A stretch of 64,000 bases of DNA. It comes from Bdellovibrionales bacterium. Lineage in GTDB: Bacteria; Bdellovibrionota; Bdellovibrionia; Bdellovibrionales; JAUICD01. Below are positions 18,683 to 28,421 of the stretch, one piece after another. The notes beneath the pieces are model-generated. The model saw only the letters and a list, made by a program, of their open reading frames with translations. It did not search any database and had not been told where the DNA came from. A program made the translations under genes and the position numbers. The stretch covers positions 202,704 through 266,703 of the forward strand of contig CBDANC010000015.1 in NCBI GenBank assembly GCA_965197425.1, in the 5' to 3' direction. How positions within the stretch are numbered: the stretch's first letter is position 1; every line of letters begins with the position of its first letter.

Positions 18683-18775
18683 CCCTAGAGGAAGTTAAAG
18701 TTGGTAAATTTTCTATAATCAAATAAATATCTTTATGTATTTACTGGTTAGGTGTAAACCGAATTAAGGAAATCT

Positions 18776-19582
18776 ATGCTTAAAGTTTTATTGTTTTTAT
18801 CTTTATACCAAATGGGTGCTTATGCTCAGGAGAATAATAACTCAGGGAAGCCTGAGGATGAGCAGGTGTGTATAACACAAGATTGTGGGTTTTATGCTGG
18901 TATTTCTCTTGGGCTATTACATTTGAAAGAATATAACTTGGAAATAGATTCTGAAAACTCCTACGAGCTTAATCTTAATACTGTAGGGTTAGATACGAAT
19001 TTATCCGGCGGTAATGGATTAATTCTGGGATATAAATCTGGAAATATTAGACTTGAAGGATTGTTTAATCTTTCTAACTACAGATCAAATATCCAATTTG
19101 AGACTGTAGAGCCAAAATTTTATCATGTATCTTACGAGAACATACTCAATGATTTAAGCTTTGATTTCGAATCTAGAACTATTACTGGTACTTTGAGTGT
19201 ATGGGCTGAACCTTCAGGCTACTGGATTGATAATGTTAAATTACTTAGATTGGTTAGACCTTATATTGGTGTTTCCACAGGTATAGCTTTTTTTGATTTT
19301 GATATTGGATTGGATAAAAAATCTTTAGAACTTCTTTCACACGAAATGACGGCTTCTGAGCTAGAAGATTTTCTCATTGATGATAACACTGTCAGTTCTA
19401 TATTCTTATTTGGTGGAGGAGTTAACTTAGTATCAATTGGTGGTTTTTTAAACCTTGGTGTTGGATATAGATATGTGACAACTGATCCTGTGTTGTTTAA
19501 ATCTATATCTGAGAATGAAATAGATTTGGGAAAACTTTCAAATCACAAGATTGAGTTCAGTACCACAATGAGCATTCCGTAG
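18776..19582 (+). CDS. Outer-membrane beta-barrel protein (OmpA-like/porin-family barrel)
   Basis: It has a signal peptide (MLKVLLFLSLYQMGAYAQ) and alternating amphipathic strands with G/Y (FYAGISLGLLHL, GLILGYKSGNIRLEGLFNLSNY, LNLGVGYRYV). Confidence 0.55.
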   Translation: MLKVLLFLSLYQMGAYAQENNNSGKPEDEQVCITQDCGFYAGISLGLLHLKEYNLEIDSENSYELNLNTVGLDTNLSGGNGLILGYKSGNIRLEGLFNLSNYRSNIQFETVEPKFYHVSYENILNDLSFDFESRTITGTLSVWAEPSGYWIDNVKLLRLVRPYIGVSTGIAFFDFDIGLDKKSLELLSHEMTASELEDFLIDDNTVSSIFLFGGGVNLVSIGGFLNLGVGYRYVTTDPVLFKSISENEIDLGKLSNHKIEFSTTMSIP

Positions 19583-19638
19583 ACTAGCTAAAAAAATCCT
19601 AATAAGTTAATTTTTGTTTTGATATACAAAATTGATCT

Positions 19639-20736
19639 TTAGGATCTTGTTATTTCACCCAGTAGTGTTTTGACACCACCTTTTTTCGTATCAACTGTAA
19701 CCTTAATGCCATAGAGTCTATACGCAGCTAGAAGAGCAATAGCCGCAGGTTCTATCATAGAGACGGGCCAACCAATATCTTCGCTTGTAATAACTTTGGA
19801 ATTTTTAAAACTTTCTTTTAGTCTTTTAAGTATATATTGATTTTTAGCACCACCTCCACATAGCACAATGGTCTCTGGTAATCTGGGCAGTTTTTTATAC
19901 GACCGTACGATTGAGCTAACAGTTAGCTCCGAAATCGTTGCAACCTTATCAGGTATTGAACGGTTTTGTAGTTTCAATATTACCTTTTTTAAAAATTCTT
20001 CTCCGAACTGTTCTCTTCCAAAATTATTTTTTTTAAAAACTTTTGATTTTAATATGCTATTTACTATTTGTTTTTGGGGAGTTCCACTCATAGCAAGCTT
20101 CCCATTAAGATCTAAATTTTTGTTTAAAGTTTTCATAAATCCATCGATAAGCATGTTACCAGGTCCGGTATCAAAGGCTATCATCTTGTTTTTTTCTAAA
20201 TAAGTAACATTACCTATACCGCCAATATTTTGAAAGGCTTTGCTCTTAGTTTTTATTCTATCGGATATGGCCTTATGAAAAAAGTTTGCAATAGGAGCTC
20301 CTAAACCTCCTACTGCAATGTGCATAGAGCGAAAATTAGATGCTACAGGTGTTTTTAGTTTGTGGGCTATAAAAGAAGGGTTACATATTTGAAGGCTAGA
20401 TATTCCTTCATTGTGATATGCAGTTTGACCATGTATCCCTATTAAATCTACGCGGGATTTTTTTTTGTATTTATCAATTGTGTTGGCATAGAATTTTCCT
20501 AATTCAAAATGTAAATTTGTAATCTCAGAGGTTTTAAGTTTATCCGTTGTTGCTAGTATCAGTTTGTCATAGAGCTTTTTTGGGTGCTTAACACTAAAAC
20601 TATCAATTAATTTGATGTCAGTTATCTTTTTATTTTTTAATGATATTTTACATAGAGCAAAGTCGATTGCATCCATGCTTGTACCGCTCATAGAACCCAA
20701 AACATTTATTGTTGATTTTACAGTAGCTTGTGCCAT
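19639..20736 (-). CDS. anmK: Anhydro-N-acetylmuramic acid kinase
   Basis: 365 aa with the N-terminal GSMSGTSMDAIDFAL block (family GxMSGTSxDGxD), DTGPGNMLID and LCGGGAKN. Confidence 0.88.
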   Translation of the reverse strand: MAQATVKSTINVLGSMSGTSMDAIDFALCKISLKNKKITDIKLIDSFSVKHPKKLYDKLILATTDKLKTSEITNLHFELGKFYANTIDKYKKKSRVDLIGIHGQTAYHNEGISSLQICNPSFIAHKLKTPVASNFRSMHIAVGGLGAPIANFFHKAISDRIKTKSKAFQNIGGIGNVTYLEKNKMIAFDTGPGNMLIDGFMKTLNKNLDLNGKLAMSGTPQKQIVNSILKSKVFKKNNFGREQFGEEFLKKVILKLQNRSIPDKVATISELTVSSIVRSYKKLPRLPETIVLCGGGAKNQYILKRLKESFKNSKVITSEDIGWPVSMIEPAAIALLAAYRLYGIKVTVDTKKGGVKTLLGEITRS

Positions 20737-20826
20737 GGTACCTACCTACTAACCTAGTCATTTGATTTTTTCAAAAAAATTTTAATTTAATGACATATGT
20801 AAGAACATAATATAAATGCTAGCTAT

Positions 20827-21609
20827 ATGTCTTCTGAAGTCAACATAATATCTTGGAATGTAAATGGTGTTAGAGCCTGTTATAGAAAAGGCCTACTTAA
20901 TTTTATAGAAAATAAAAAACCAGACATCATATGCCTTCAAGAGATAAAGGCTAATGTAGAGCAAGTTAGTGATGATATGGTTAACCCCTGTGGAATGCAT
21001 TCTTATTGGTCTAGTGCTGTTAGAAAGGGATATTCAGGAACAGCCACATTTTCAAAGTTAGAGGCATTAGAAGTTTCAAAAGGCATAGGGGTAGATGAAT
21101 TTGACCAGGAAGGAAGATTCACCATAACAACACACCCTGAGTTCAAGTTATATAATATATACTTTCCTAATGGTTCTCATAAAAAAGAACGGCAAATATA
21201 TAAAATGAAATTTAATAACACTTTGTTGTCTAAACTAAAAGATGAGATAGAAAAAGGACAAGAACTAATTGTCCTAGGTGATTATAATATTGCTCCTGAA
21301 GAAATAGATATATATGACCCAGCTAGATTTTCAAATGTAAGTGGTTTTTTGCCGGAAGAACGACAATGGTTTAAGGATTTTAAATCTTTGGGATTTGTAG
21401 ACTCTTTTAGAAAGTTACATCCAGATGATAAGGACATATATTCTTGGTGGAATATGATAAATAGAGATCGTTTATCAAACAGAGGGTGGAGAATAGACCT
21501 AATATGTGTTACTAAGGGTTTAGCAGATAGATTAACAAGCGCTACTATAATGGACACCCAAGAAGGTTCAGATCACTGCCCAGTGGCAATAGGATTAAGA
21601 TGCTCTTAA
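20827..21609 (+). CDS. xthA: Exodeoxyribonuclease III (AP endonuclease)
   Basis: The sequence has ISWNVNGVRA, DIICLQEIK, GDYNIAP and a C-terminal SDHCPV motif. Confidence 0.92.
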   Translation: MSSEVNIISWNVNGVRACYRKGLLNFIENKKPDIICLQEIKANVEQVSDDMVNPCGMHSYWSSAVRKGYSGTATFSKLEALEVSKGIGVDEFDQEGRFTITTHPEFKLYNIYFPNGSHKKERQIYKMKFNNTLLSKLKDEIEKGQELIVLGDYNIAPEEIDIYDPARFSNVSGFLPEERQWFKDFKSLGFVDSFRKLHPDDKDIYSWWNMINRDRLSNRGWRIDLICVTKGLADRLTSATIMDTQEGSDHCPVAIGLRCS

Positions 21610-22079
21610 TTTTATTTATATTTGTACCAATTATAGAAATTTACCTTTTGCTTAAGATAGGGGGTAAAATTGGTGGTGCTAGTACCCTTTTGATAATTAT
21701 ATTAACTGCTATGTTAGGAGCATATTTGCTAAAAAGAGAGGGTAAGAGTATCTTAGCAAAATTATCTCTTAGTCTTGCACAGGGTAAAGAACCATCTTGG
21801 ATCATATTACAGGGCTTAAGTATTTTTATTGGTGGCCTGTTGTTGTTGACACCTGGTTTTGTGACTGATCTTTTGGGATTTTGTTTTGTAATTCCATTTA
21901 CTAGAAAATTTTGTATCAATAGTTTAAAATCTTACTTTCTTAAACAAGGCCTTGTGAAATCCAGGTTTTATAGCATAAAAGCAGATGGTATGAGTACTAC
22001 GCCAGATAGTATGAATACCACACCAGATACAGATACATCTGTAGTTGATACCACGGGAATTAGGATTAAATCAGAGTAG
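21600..22079 (+). CDS. fxsA: FxsA-family inner-membrane protein
   Basis: The N-terminal TM pair and the block LLLLTPGFVTDLLGFCFVIPFTRK match the FxsA signature (LLPGFFTDxLG). Confidence 0.8.
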   Translation: MLLILFIFVPIIEIYLLLKIGGKIGGASTLLIIILTAMLGAYLLKREGKSILAKLSLSLAQGKEPSWIILQGLSIFIGGLLLLTPGFVTDLLGFCFVIPFTRKFCINSLKSYFLKQGLVKSRFYSIKADGMSTTPDSMNTTPDTDTSVVDTTGIRIKSE

Positions 22080-23067
22080 CTACATAAATTATATAAAGCA
22101 ATAGCATTCCAATTCCCACAGCTCTGGGTGTTTTTCCCTTTAAGAGATAGGTTGATGCAATCATTAATATTGTAACTATTGAAACCCAGACTAAGTCATA
22201 AGACAGGATGTTTTTACTCATCGCAATAGGCGTAACCAAAGCAGTTATACCAGTTATACCTATGGTGTTCATTATGTTTGAGCCAACAACATTTGCTAAG
22301 GCAATGTTATTATATCCCTTTCTCATGGCTACAATGGATGTTATTAGTTCGGGAATACTAGTACCAACGGATATAATGGTCAGACCTATAACCCTATCAC
22401 TTATACCAAAAAACTCACCAATTTTTACAGCACCGTCGATGGCAAATTTAGAACCTAAAACAATTCCTGTTATACCTAATATAACAAATATATATGGCTT
22501 GAGTTTGTCTGTGAAACTTAATGATTGATCGGCACTTGAATTGTCATTACCTAACCCTTCATTGCCAGGCGTATGAGTTTTAGAAAAAACATAAGTTATA
22601 ACAATGGTAACTGCTATCATTATAAGTGCATCAAGTGTATTAAACTTTAGATCTAAGCCAAGGATAGTAAAGATTGCCGTGCTAACTAAAAGCATAATCC
22701 ATGATATGGTTAAATTATCAGCTTCAGCTTTTCCAGGCTTTACTGTGTAAGTAAAACCAACTACAACCAACAAATTAAATAGATTTGATCCCATAATATT
22801 TCCTACAGAAATATTTGGATGACCTTCAATTGCAGATACAATACACGCAGCCAGTTCTGGAATAGAAGTGCCAAACGCAACTACCGTTATAGCTAAAAAA
22901 GTTGTACTAACTTTAAGGTGCTTAGATAAAACTAAAATACCTTTCAATAAATACTCTGCAGAGAAAAATAAAACTGCACACGAGCAACAAACTTGAAGTA
23001 TATGTACGGATATCAAAAACACATTAGACCTACTCGATAGTATTACAGATACAAAAACCCAATCCAA
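22066..23067 (-). CDS. Ca2+/cation antiporter (CaCA family, YrbG-like)
   Basis: It is a polytopic membrane protein with the two alpha-repeat motifs GTSIPEL (AFGTSIPELAA and SVGTSIPELIT). The true start may lie downstream of the listed ATG. Confidence 0.85.
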   Translation of the reverse strand: MDWVFVSVILSSRSNVFLISVHILQVCCSCAVLFFSAEYLLKGILVLSKHLKVSTTFLAITVVAFGTSIPELAACIVSAIEGHPNISVGNIMGSNLFNLLVVVGFTYTVKPGKAEADNLTISWIMLLVSTAIFTILGLDLKFNTLDALIMIAVTIVITYVFSKTHTPGNEGLGNDNSSADQSLSFTDKLKPYIFVILGITGIVLGSKFAIDGAVKIGEFFGISDRVIGLTIISVGTSIPELITSIVAMRKGYNNIALANVVGSNIMNTIGITGITALVTPIAMSKNILSYDLVWVSIVTILMIASTYLLKGKTPRAVGIGMLLLYIIYVATLI

Positions 23068-23426
23068 CGAGGTTAGGACTATGTATCAAATCAAGACAAC
23101 TTAACTATATTAAATGGAACGAAGCGTTAAAGGTTGTTGAGGTACGCTAGAAAGGGTCCAGACTTGACCCTTAAAGCTTATCAAAAGCAGTTTTACACAC
23201 AGTCAAAATATAAATAAATTTGTATAGTTATAAAAATACCATAAGAAATTCTAATTTTAAGTTAGTGTAAGAATCTCTAAAGTGTTCTATAAGAAATTTT
23301 TATATAAAAGGGATTTTATTGAGAAATTTTAATTAGTTAGAAGATAAAAATAGTTGATTTTAGTGTTCTGTATAATATAAATTTTTCCATTGTGTTTCTT
23401 GTTTTGTGGTTTTGATTCTTTAAGGG

Positions 23427-23798
23427 GTGTTTATGATAAAAGAAAATCTAATACATCAGTGTAAGGAGAAGTTGCTTCAGGCCAAGATGGATTTGTTAAA
23501 CCGGGTTCCTGATTGTAGAAATGATCTGGTTAATTCTGGGGGCCGTGGTGGTGATGAGGCAGACCAGACTGTGGCCCTTTTACAGGAAAATGGGGCATTA
23601 ATTTCTTATGAGAGGCTCAAATCACAGTTACTTGAAATAGAGAGTGCTTTATCTAGGATAGAGAATGGTAGTTATGGCATTTGTGAGGAAACAGAAGAGC
23701 TTATTGAACCTGACAGATTGTTGGCGATTCCTTGGACAAGACTTAGCATAGAAGGTGCTGAGCTACGCGAGGAATTAAACAAAAGATATGCTAGATAG
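23427..23798 (+). CDS. DksA/TraR-family protein with a degenerate zinc finger
   Basis: It has a coiled-coil N-terminus and a C-terminal block GSYGICEETEELIEPDRLLAIPWTRLSIEG. This aligns to the DksA motif YGxCxxCGxxIxxxRLxAxPxxxxCxxC, but only one of the four Cys is retained. Confidence 0.6.
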   Translation: MFMIKENLIHQCKEKLLQAKMDLLNRVPDCRNDLVNSGGRGGDEADQTVALLQENGALISYERLKSQLLEIESALSRIENGSYGICEETEELIEPDRLLAIPWTRLSIEGAELREELNKRYAR

Positions 23799-23991
23799 TA
23801 GTGCCACTTGTTACATTTGTTTTACTAGTTTTATTAACATCAAAAAATTCTGATCTTTTTTCAATTAAATATTTATAATAAGAGTTAGTCTTTGGTCTTG
23901 CTAGGTGACTGGACCTTAATAACTAATTGATGCTAGGTAGCTAAGTAATATAAATTGAAGTGTGGTTTTTACAAGTAGTGGGGCTTAGTTT

Positions 23992-25617
23992 ATGAAGAGT
24001 GTGGGTATAGATATTGGTTCTTACTCCATCAAGATAGCAGAGTTAGAATCAAAAAAAACTGGCAATTACAAGGTAAATGAGATCCTTGAAATACCAATAA
24101 AAGAAGAAAGTGATTCGGAACTAACTTTCCTGGAAAAATACATAAAAAGAATTGCGCACCACTATCAAGGGCAACCCATAAGGTACGTCATACCTGTAAA
24201 CCAAGAACACGTAAGTGTTCAGTACTGTTCATTTCCCATAAAAGAACGACATAAGATACTTAAAAGTCTTCCTTTCCAGCTAGCAGATGATGTGCCATTT
24301 AATTCAAACAATGTTGTATATGAAGCTAAATTCTTAGCATCAGTTGGAGGTAGCACAGAGCTGTTGGCTTTGATCGCTACTAAAAATCATGTAGCAGATG
24401 TTATTGAATTGGCTAGAGAATGTGGGGTTGAGCCAGATATTGTAACTTCACCAGCAATTGCACTTTCCAACATGATCTCTGATTGGTCTGGTGCTATACC
24501 AACACTCCATAAGCCCTTAATTTTGGATAGCAATTACCAAACTGTAGATGAACCTATACCAGCGAAGGTTCTAATTGATATTGGTCATACAACCACAAAT
24601 ATACTGATTTACATAAATAGCTCAGTTGTCCAAAGCAACACAATATTTTTTGGTGGATCAGATATCATTAAAGAAATATCCAAGTCATATGAGCTTTCAC
24701 CAAAAGAAGCTACATCTCATTTAGTAGAAAAAGGATTTGTACTTACTACCGAACAAAATGCATCTAAAAATCAAATATTCTTTTCTGATATCATTAAAAG
24801 AAGTATAAAAACAGGACTGGTAAAACCTTTAAGCCAAATCTTTCTATCATCCTCAAATCAAAAGCAAATCAAATTAGAAGCTATATATCTTTTAGGCGGA
24901 GTTAGTAGACTAACAAATTTAACAGATTTTTTAACTAAAGAACTTAACATCGATACATACTTAATGAACGATGCACAATCGAGTAGTTACAAATTTACCA
25001 GTGCTGTTTCGCTCGCCATCGAAGGGTTTAGAACTCCAAAAAACCCACCAGTTAATTTTATAAAAGGCGATCTCTCACCTAAAAGTGAGTTTTTCTATAA
25101 CCTTTGGAAGGCCTATGGCAACATGATAAAAGTAGGCACTGCATGTGTGGTGCTATTATTCATTCATGGAATTGTAAGAGGAAACTTTGCTGATAAACTT
25201 TCACAAACCGGTTATGATAAACTACAAAAACTAGCTAAATCGCCTGAAGTTAATATTAAAAAACCATCATCCGCTAGAATAGATAAGTTTATAAAAAGTA
25301 AAACTGAAGAAATAGATTCAGTAGAAGAATTATCTGAGTTAGTTAAAAGTAAGTCTGCCATGGATGTACTTGAAGAAATAAGTGCTAGTATACCAGGCAA
25401 AAAAAATATTACACTTGATGTGAAAAAAATAAATATTAGAAGTAATAGAGTTATCATAGAAGGAATTGTAGATAATCAAAATCAAAAACAAAGTCTCCTA
25501 ACTGCTTTACAAAATATTTCTAAGGACAAAAAAATAAATCAAACTCAACCTCAATTTACAAAAACTGATCCAACTAAAGTTGGATTTGCATATAGCTTTA
25601 CAGTAGATACAAAATAA
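23992..25617 (+). CDS. GspL/PilM-like assembly-platform protein (actin-like ATPase fold + TM + periplasmic domain)
   Basis: The N-terminus MKSVGIDIGSYSIKIAEL resembles the PilM phosphate-1 motif, and a late block reads IYLLGGVSRL. A single TM (VGTACVVLLFIHGIV) lies near residue 390 and is followed by a domain of about 150 aa. Confidence 0.6.
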   Translation: MKSVGIDIGSYSIKIAELESKKTGNYKVNEILEIPIKEESDSELTFLEKYIKRIAHHYQGQPIRYVIPVNQEHVSVQYCSFPIKERHKILKSLPFQLADDVPFNSNNVVYEAKFLASVGGSTELLALIATKNHVADVIELARECGVEPDIVTSPAIALSNMISDWSGAIPTLHKPLILDSNYQTVDEPIPAKVLIDIGHTTTNILIYINSSVVQSNTIFFGGSDIIKEISKSYELSPKEATSHLVEKGFVLTTEQNASKNQIFFSDIIKRSIKTGLVKPLSQIFLSSSNQKQIKLEAIYLLGGVSRLTNLTDFLTKELNIDTYLMNDAQSSSYKFTSAVSLAIEGFRTPKNPPVNFIKGDLSPKSEFFYNLWKAYGNMIKVGTACVVLLFIHGIVRGNFADKLSQTGYDKLQKLAKSPEVNIKKPSSARIDKFIKSKTEEIDSVEELSELVKSKSAMDVLEEISASIPGKKNITLDVKKINIRSNRVIIEGIVDNQNQKQSLLTALQNISKDKKINQTQPQFTKTDPTKVGFAYSFTVDTK

Positions 25618-25637
25618 TTATTAAATTAGGGTAGGTA

Positions 25638-26351
25638 ATGATAGAGAAACTAAAGAAAAAAATTGTTGCACAACTAACAGCATTTCAAGAGTCAAGTACA
25701 TACATAGCATTAGAAGAAAGATATGATAGATTGCAACCATCACAACAAACGATGGTAAAAGTAGGTTCAGGCCTGGCTATTTTCGTATTTATTTTTATGA
25801 TAATACAATCATTATTTTCAACTGCCTCAACTAAAATTGAAGATTTTAACAATAGCAGAACACTTATAAGTGAACTAAATAGTTTAAAATCAAAGTTAAG
25901 CAGTAGCCCGGTAATATCAACTCCGCCTAGTAGAGGTGAGTTGGTGCAGAGAGTAAGAGCATCTATACAAGGTACTAATATTACGTCATCACAAATAGAT
26001 AGCATTAGATCAACCAATGTGAAAGGAGATATTAAAAAAACATCCTTAAATACTGGAGGTGTTGAAGTAAGGCTTAAAACGTTAAATCTAAGTCAGATAA
26101 CAGATGTTGCCTCTAGAATTCAGCGCATCTCTCAATCTCTAAAGATTACATCAGTAGACATCACAGAAAGTACTGAAGAACCAAAATATTTTGATGTTAA
26201 TTACAAGATAGCTACTTTTTATCCTAAAATTGCTAAAGTAGAGCCAGAAGAAGATGAGGATAAAGGCAAAGAAAACAAAAGAAGAAAAAGAAGAATCAGA
26301 AAACCGCCAAAAGATGATGAAGAGAAAGACGAAGAAGAGAAAGACGAATGA
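25638..26351 (+). CDS. GspM/PilO-like bitopic membrane protein with a K/E/D-rich C-terminal tail
   Basis: It has a short cytoplasmic N-terminus, one TM (VGSGLAIFVFIFMIIQSLF) and a periplasmic domain. The tail reads EPEEDEDKGKENKRRKRRIRKPPKDDEEKDEEEKDE. The call rests on position between the L-like and N-like genes. Confidence 0.4.
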   Translation: MIEKLKKKIVAQLTAFQESSTYIALEERYDRLQPSQQTMVKVGSGLAIFVFIFMIIQSLFSTASTKIEDFNNSRTLISELNSLKSKLSSSPVISTPPSRGELVQRVRASIQGTNITSSQIDSIRSTNVKGDIKKTSLNTGGVEVRLKTLNLSQITDVASRIQRISQSLKITSVDITESTEEPKYFDVNYKIATFYPKIAKVEPEEDEDKGKENKRRKRRIRKPPKDDEEKDEEEKDE

Positions 26352-26418
26352 TATTTTATAGAAATAAAAATAACTACATATTCAAGATCTATCTTCATTA
26401 TAAAGGGAAAAATTCGGT

Positions 26419-27366
26419 ATGAAATTTATAAGACCCCTTATAAATTTATTTAAACTTCATAAAACAAAATTACTTTTCACTTTTGGAGCAACTTTTTTAT
26501 TTTTAGTTATATTTTTTCCACGAGAAGATTTATCAGCATTTATATCTAGTAGTATCAATAAACTTACTAACAATAGTGTTATAATAAACTTTGAAGATAT
26601 AAATTTTGATGTGATTCCATCGCCAAAAATAAAATTTCAAAAAGTTAGATTATCAACAGCATTAGTTCAAGGTTTAGAAACTGAAAGATTAACTGTTTCT
26701 CCAAGTATTATCTCATTGCTAAGCCTTAAACCTAGTGCTTCTGTATATTTGGATGGCTTTTTTAACGGTGATGCCAAAGTGCATTTTACATCTACCCTTC
26801 CAAGTGAGGATGGCCAGGAAGTTTTTTTAGATTTAGATTTAATCTCCATAGATATCGACAAATTAACCAGTATGGTTAATTTACCTGCAAGCTTTTCTGG
26901 TAAGTTGGATTTAAGTGTCAAAGGCAATGTGGACACAGCAATTGAAGAACAACCAAATTTTGCTATAGCTTTCAAACTTGATAGAGCAGGAATAACAAAT
27001 ATATCAATACCAACAGCTATAGGCCCACTTACTTTACCCAATATAACTTTGAACAGTGTTGTATCCCAGCTAAAACTAGACAAAGGAAAATTACAGATCA
27101 CATCCATGAAAGTTGATAATAGAAGTAGTATATATGGAGATGTGACAGGTACAGTTGAATTGGAACTTAAAAACACAAGAAGAGGGATTGCACCACAAAT
27201 TGGAGTATATGACTTAAAGTTTAATTTAGGGCTATCACCATCACTTGAACAAGAACTGAAAATTTATCTGAACACGCTTGGACTTGCAAAGTATAAACAA
27301 AATGGAATTTATAGGTTTACTGCGAATGGTACACCTTATGGAATGCCTAGCATTCGTGGTATGTAA
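26419..27366 (+). CDS. GspN-like type II secretion protein
   Basis: It has an N-terminal TM (LLFTFGATFLFLVIFF) followed by a beta-rich periplasmic domain. The call rests on architecture and on the gene order L-M-N. Confidence 0.4.
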   Translation: MKFIRPLINLFKLHKTKLLFTFGATFLFLVIFFPREDLSAFISSSINKLTNNSVIINFEDINFDVIPSPKIKFQKVRLSTALVQGLETERLTVSPSIISLLSLKPSASVYLDGFFNGDAKVHFTSTLPSEDGQEVFLDLDLISIDIDKLTSMVNLPASFSGKLDLSVKGNVDTAIEEQPNFAIAFKLDRAGITNISIPTAIGPLTLPNITLNSVVSQLKLDKGKLQITSMKVDNRSSIYGDVTGTVELELKNTRRGIAPQIGVYDLKFNLGLSPSLEQELKIYLNTLGLAKYKQNGIYRFTANGTPYGMPSIRGM

Positions 27367-28058
27367 GAGACAAGCACTACTGATATTTCATACAGTAAAA
27401 CCATAGGTGTCATGAAAAATAGCATGCTCACCACATCAGGTGGTGTAATAAAGGCTGATATGGTAGCAAGTATTACATAAGCATATCCACGGTACTTTTT
27501 GAGAAACTTTATATCTACAATACCTAATATATTTAAAACAACTAACACCAATGGGAGTTCAAATGCCAATCCAAACATTAAGGTAGTTGTTATAAAAAAT
27601 GAGAGGTATTTATTTATAGTTATCATTGGTATGTCTGTTCCATCACCAAAGTTTAATAAAAAATTGAATGCTAGTGGATATATGACAAAATAAACAAACA
27701 AAACTCCTAGGATAAAGAGAGAAGTACCAAAGCTAACAAAAAAAAGTGTGAGTTTCTTTTCAGTCTTATATAATCCAGGAGATACAAACTTCCAGACGTG
27801 ATATAGCCATAGAGGGCATGTAAATATTATTCCGCCCAGAAAGGCTATTTTCATGTGAGCCAAAAACTTGTCTGTTATACCAGTATATATTAAACCTTCC
27901 ACTGTTAAATAGTGTGATATAGGGTTTCTAACAAGAGTAAATAAAAGATCACTAAAATACCAACATACCAATGAACCTAAAAAAATAATTAAAAAAGATT
28001 TTATTAAAGCAACTCTTAGTTCGTACAAGTGATATATCAGTCCATCATTTTCAGACAT
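27336..28058 (-). CDS. tatC: Twin-arginine translocase subunit TatC
   Basis: 240 aa with six predicted TMs. It has the N-terminal LIYHLYELRVALIKS block and the C-terminal ITPPDVVSM motif typical of TatC. Confidence 0.9.
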   Translation of the reverse strand: MSENDGLIYHLYELRVALIKSFLIIFLGSLVCWYFSDLLFTLVRNPISHYLTVEGLIYTGITDKFLAHMKIAFLGGIIFTCPLWLYHVWKFVSPGLYKTEKKLTLFFVSFGTSLFILGVLFVYFVIYPLAFNFLLNFGDGTDIPMITINKYLSFFITTTLMFGLAFELPLVLVVLNILGIVDIKFLKKYRGYAYVILATISAFITPPDVVSMLFFMTPMVLLYEISVVLVSYIPRMLGIP

Positions 28059-28293
28059 TTTTTAGATCCTTTTTTGTTATATCTTCATCTATAGTACTAA
28101 CCTTCTTGTTTAGTGTTTTTTTGCTTTCAGTAATTCTAAAATTGAAGCTCTTGGAAACTTCGTCGGCTATGTTTTTAATTTCACCGATAAACCTAGCAAT
28201 AGTTTTGGATAAATCTAAGAGATCTTTAGGTCCGAGCAATAGTAATGCCACTACAAAAATGGCTACTAGCTCTACAATACCAACACTAAACAT
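28051..28293 (-). CDS. tatA: Twin-arginine translocase TatA/TatB-family subunit
   Basis: 80 aa beginning MFSVGIVELVAIFVVALLLLGPKDL, a TM followed by an amphipathic helix. It overlaps the tatC start. Confidence 0.88.
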   Translation of the reverse strand: MFSVGIVELVAIFVVALLLLGPKDLLDLSKTIARFIGEIKNIADEVSKSFNFRITESKKTLNKKVSTIDEDITKKDLKNV

Positions 28294-28324
28294 ACCCTGT
28301 ATTTACATATTAAAACCATATTTT

Positions 28325-28420
28325 CAAGTTCAAGGTCTTCCGAATGAGGCTAAAAATAAGCCGACCTCGCCTATTTTTTTCACTAAAGGTGAGCTGATTG
28401 CCAGTTTGCCCGACTCCAAT
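28325..28420 (+). repeat. Dispersed repeat copy (CAAGGTCTTCCGAATGAGGCTAAAAATAAGCCGAC...TAAAGGTGAGC...)
   Basis: It aligns with 29014-29110 and 9291-9360 and shares AAAAATAAGCCGAC with 14620. Confidence 0.7.
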
Positions 28421-28421
28421 T

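Noticed and set aside
23068-23426. Possible small RNA or terminator in the AT-rich divergent promoter region (hairpin AGGGTCCAGACTTGACCCT at about 23153-23171, and a TAAAGGT module at 23128)
   Set aside because: The stem is only 6 bp, has no flanking U-tract and no convergent gene to terminate. It is probably another degenerate copy of the dispersed repeat, so it was not called as a feature.
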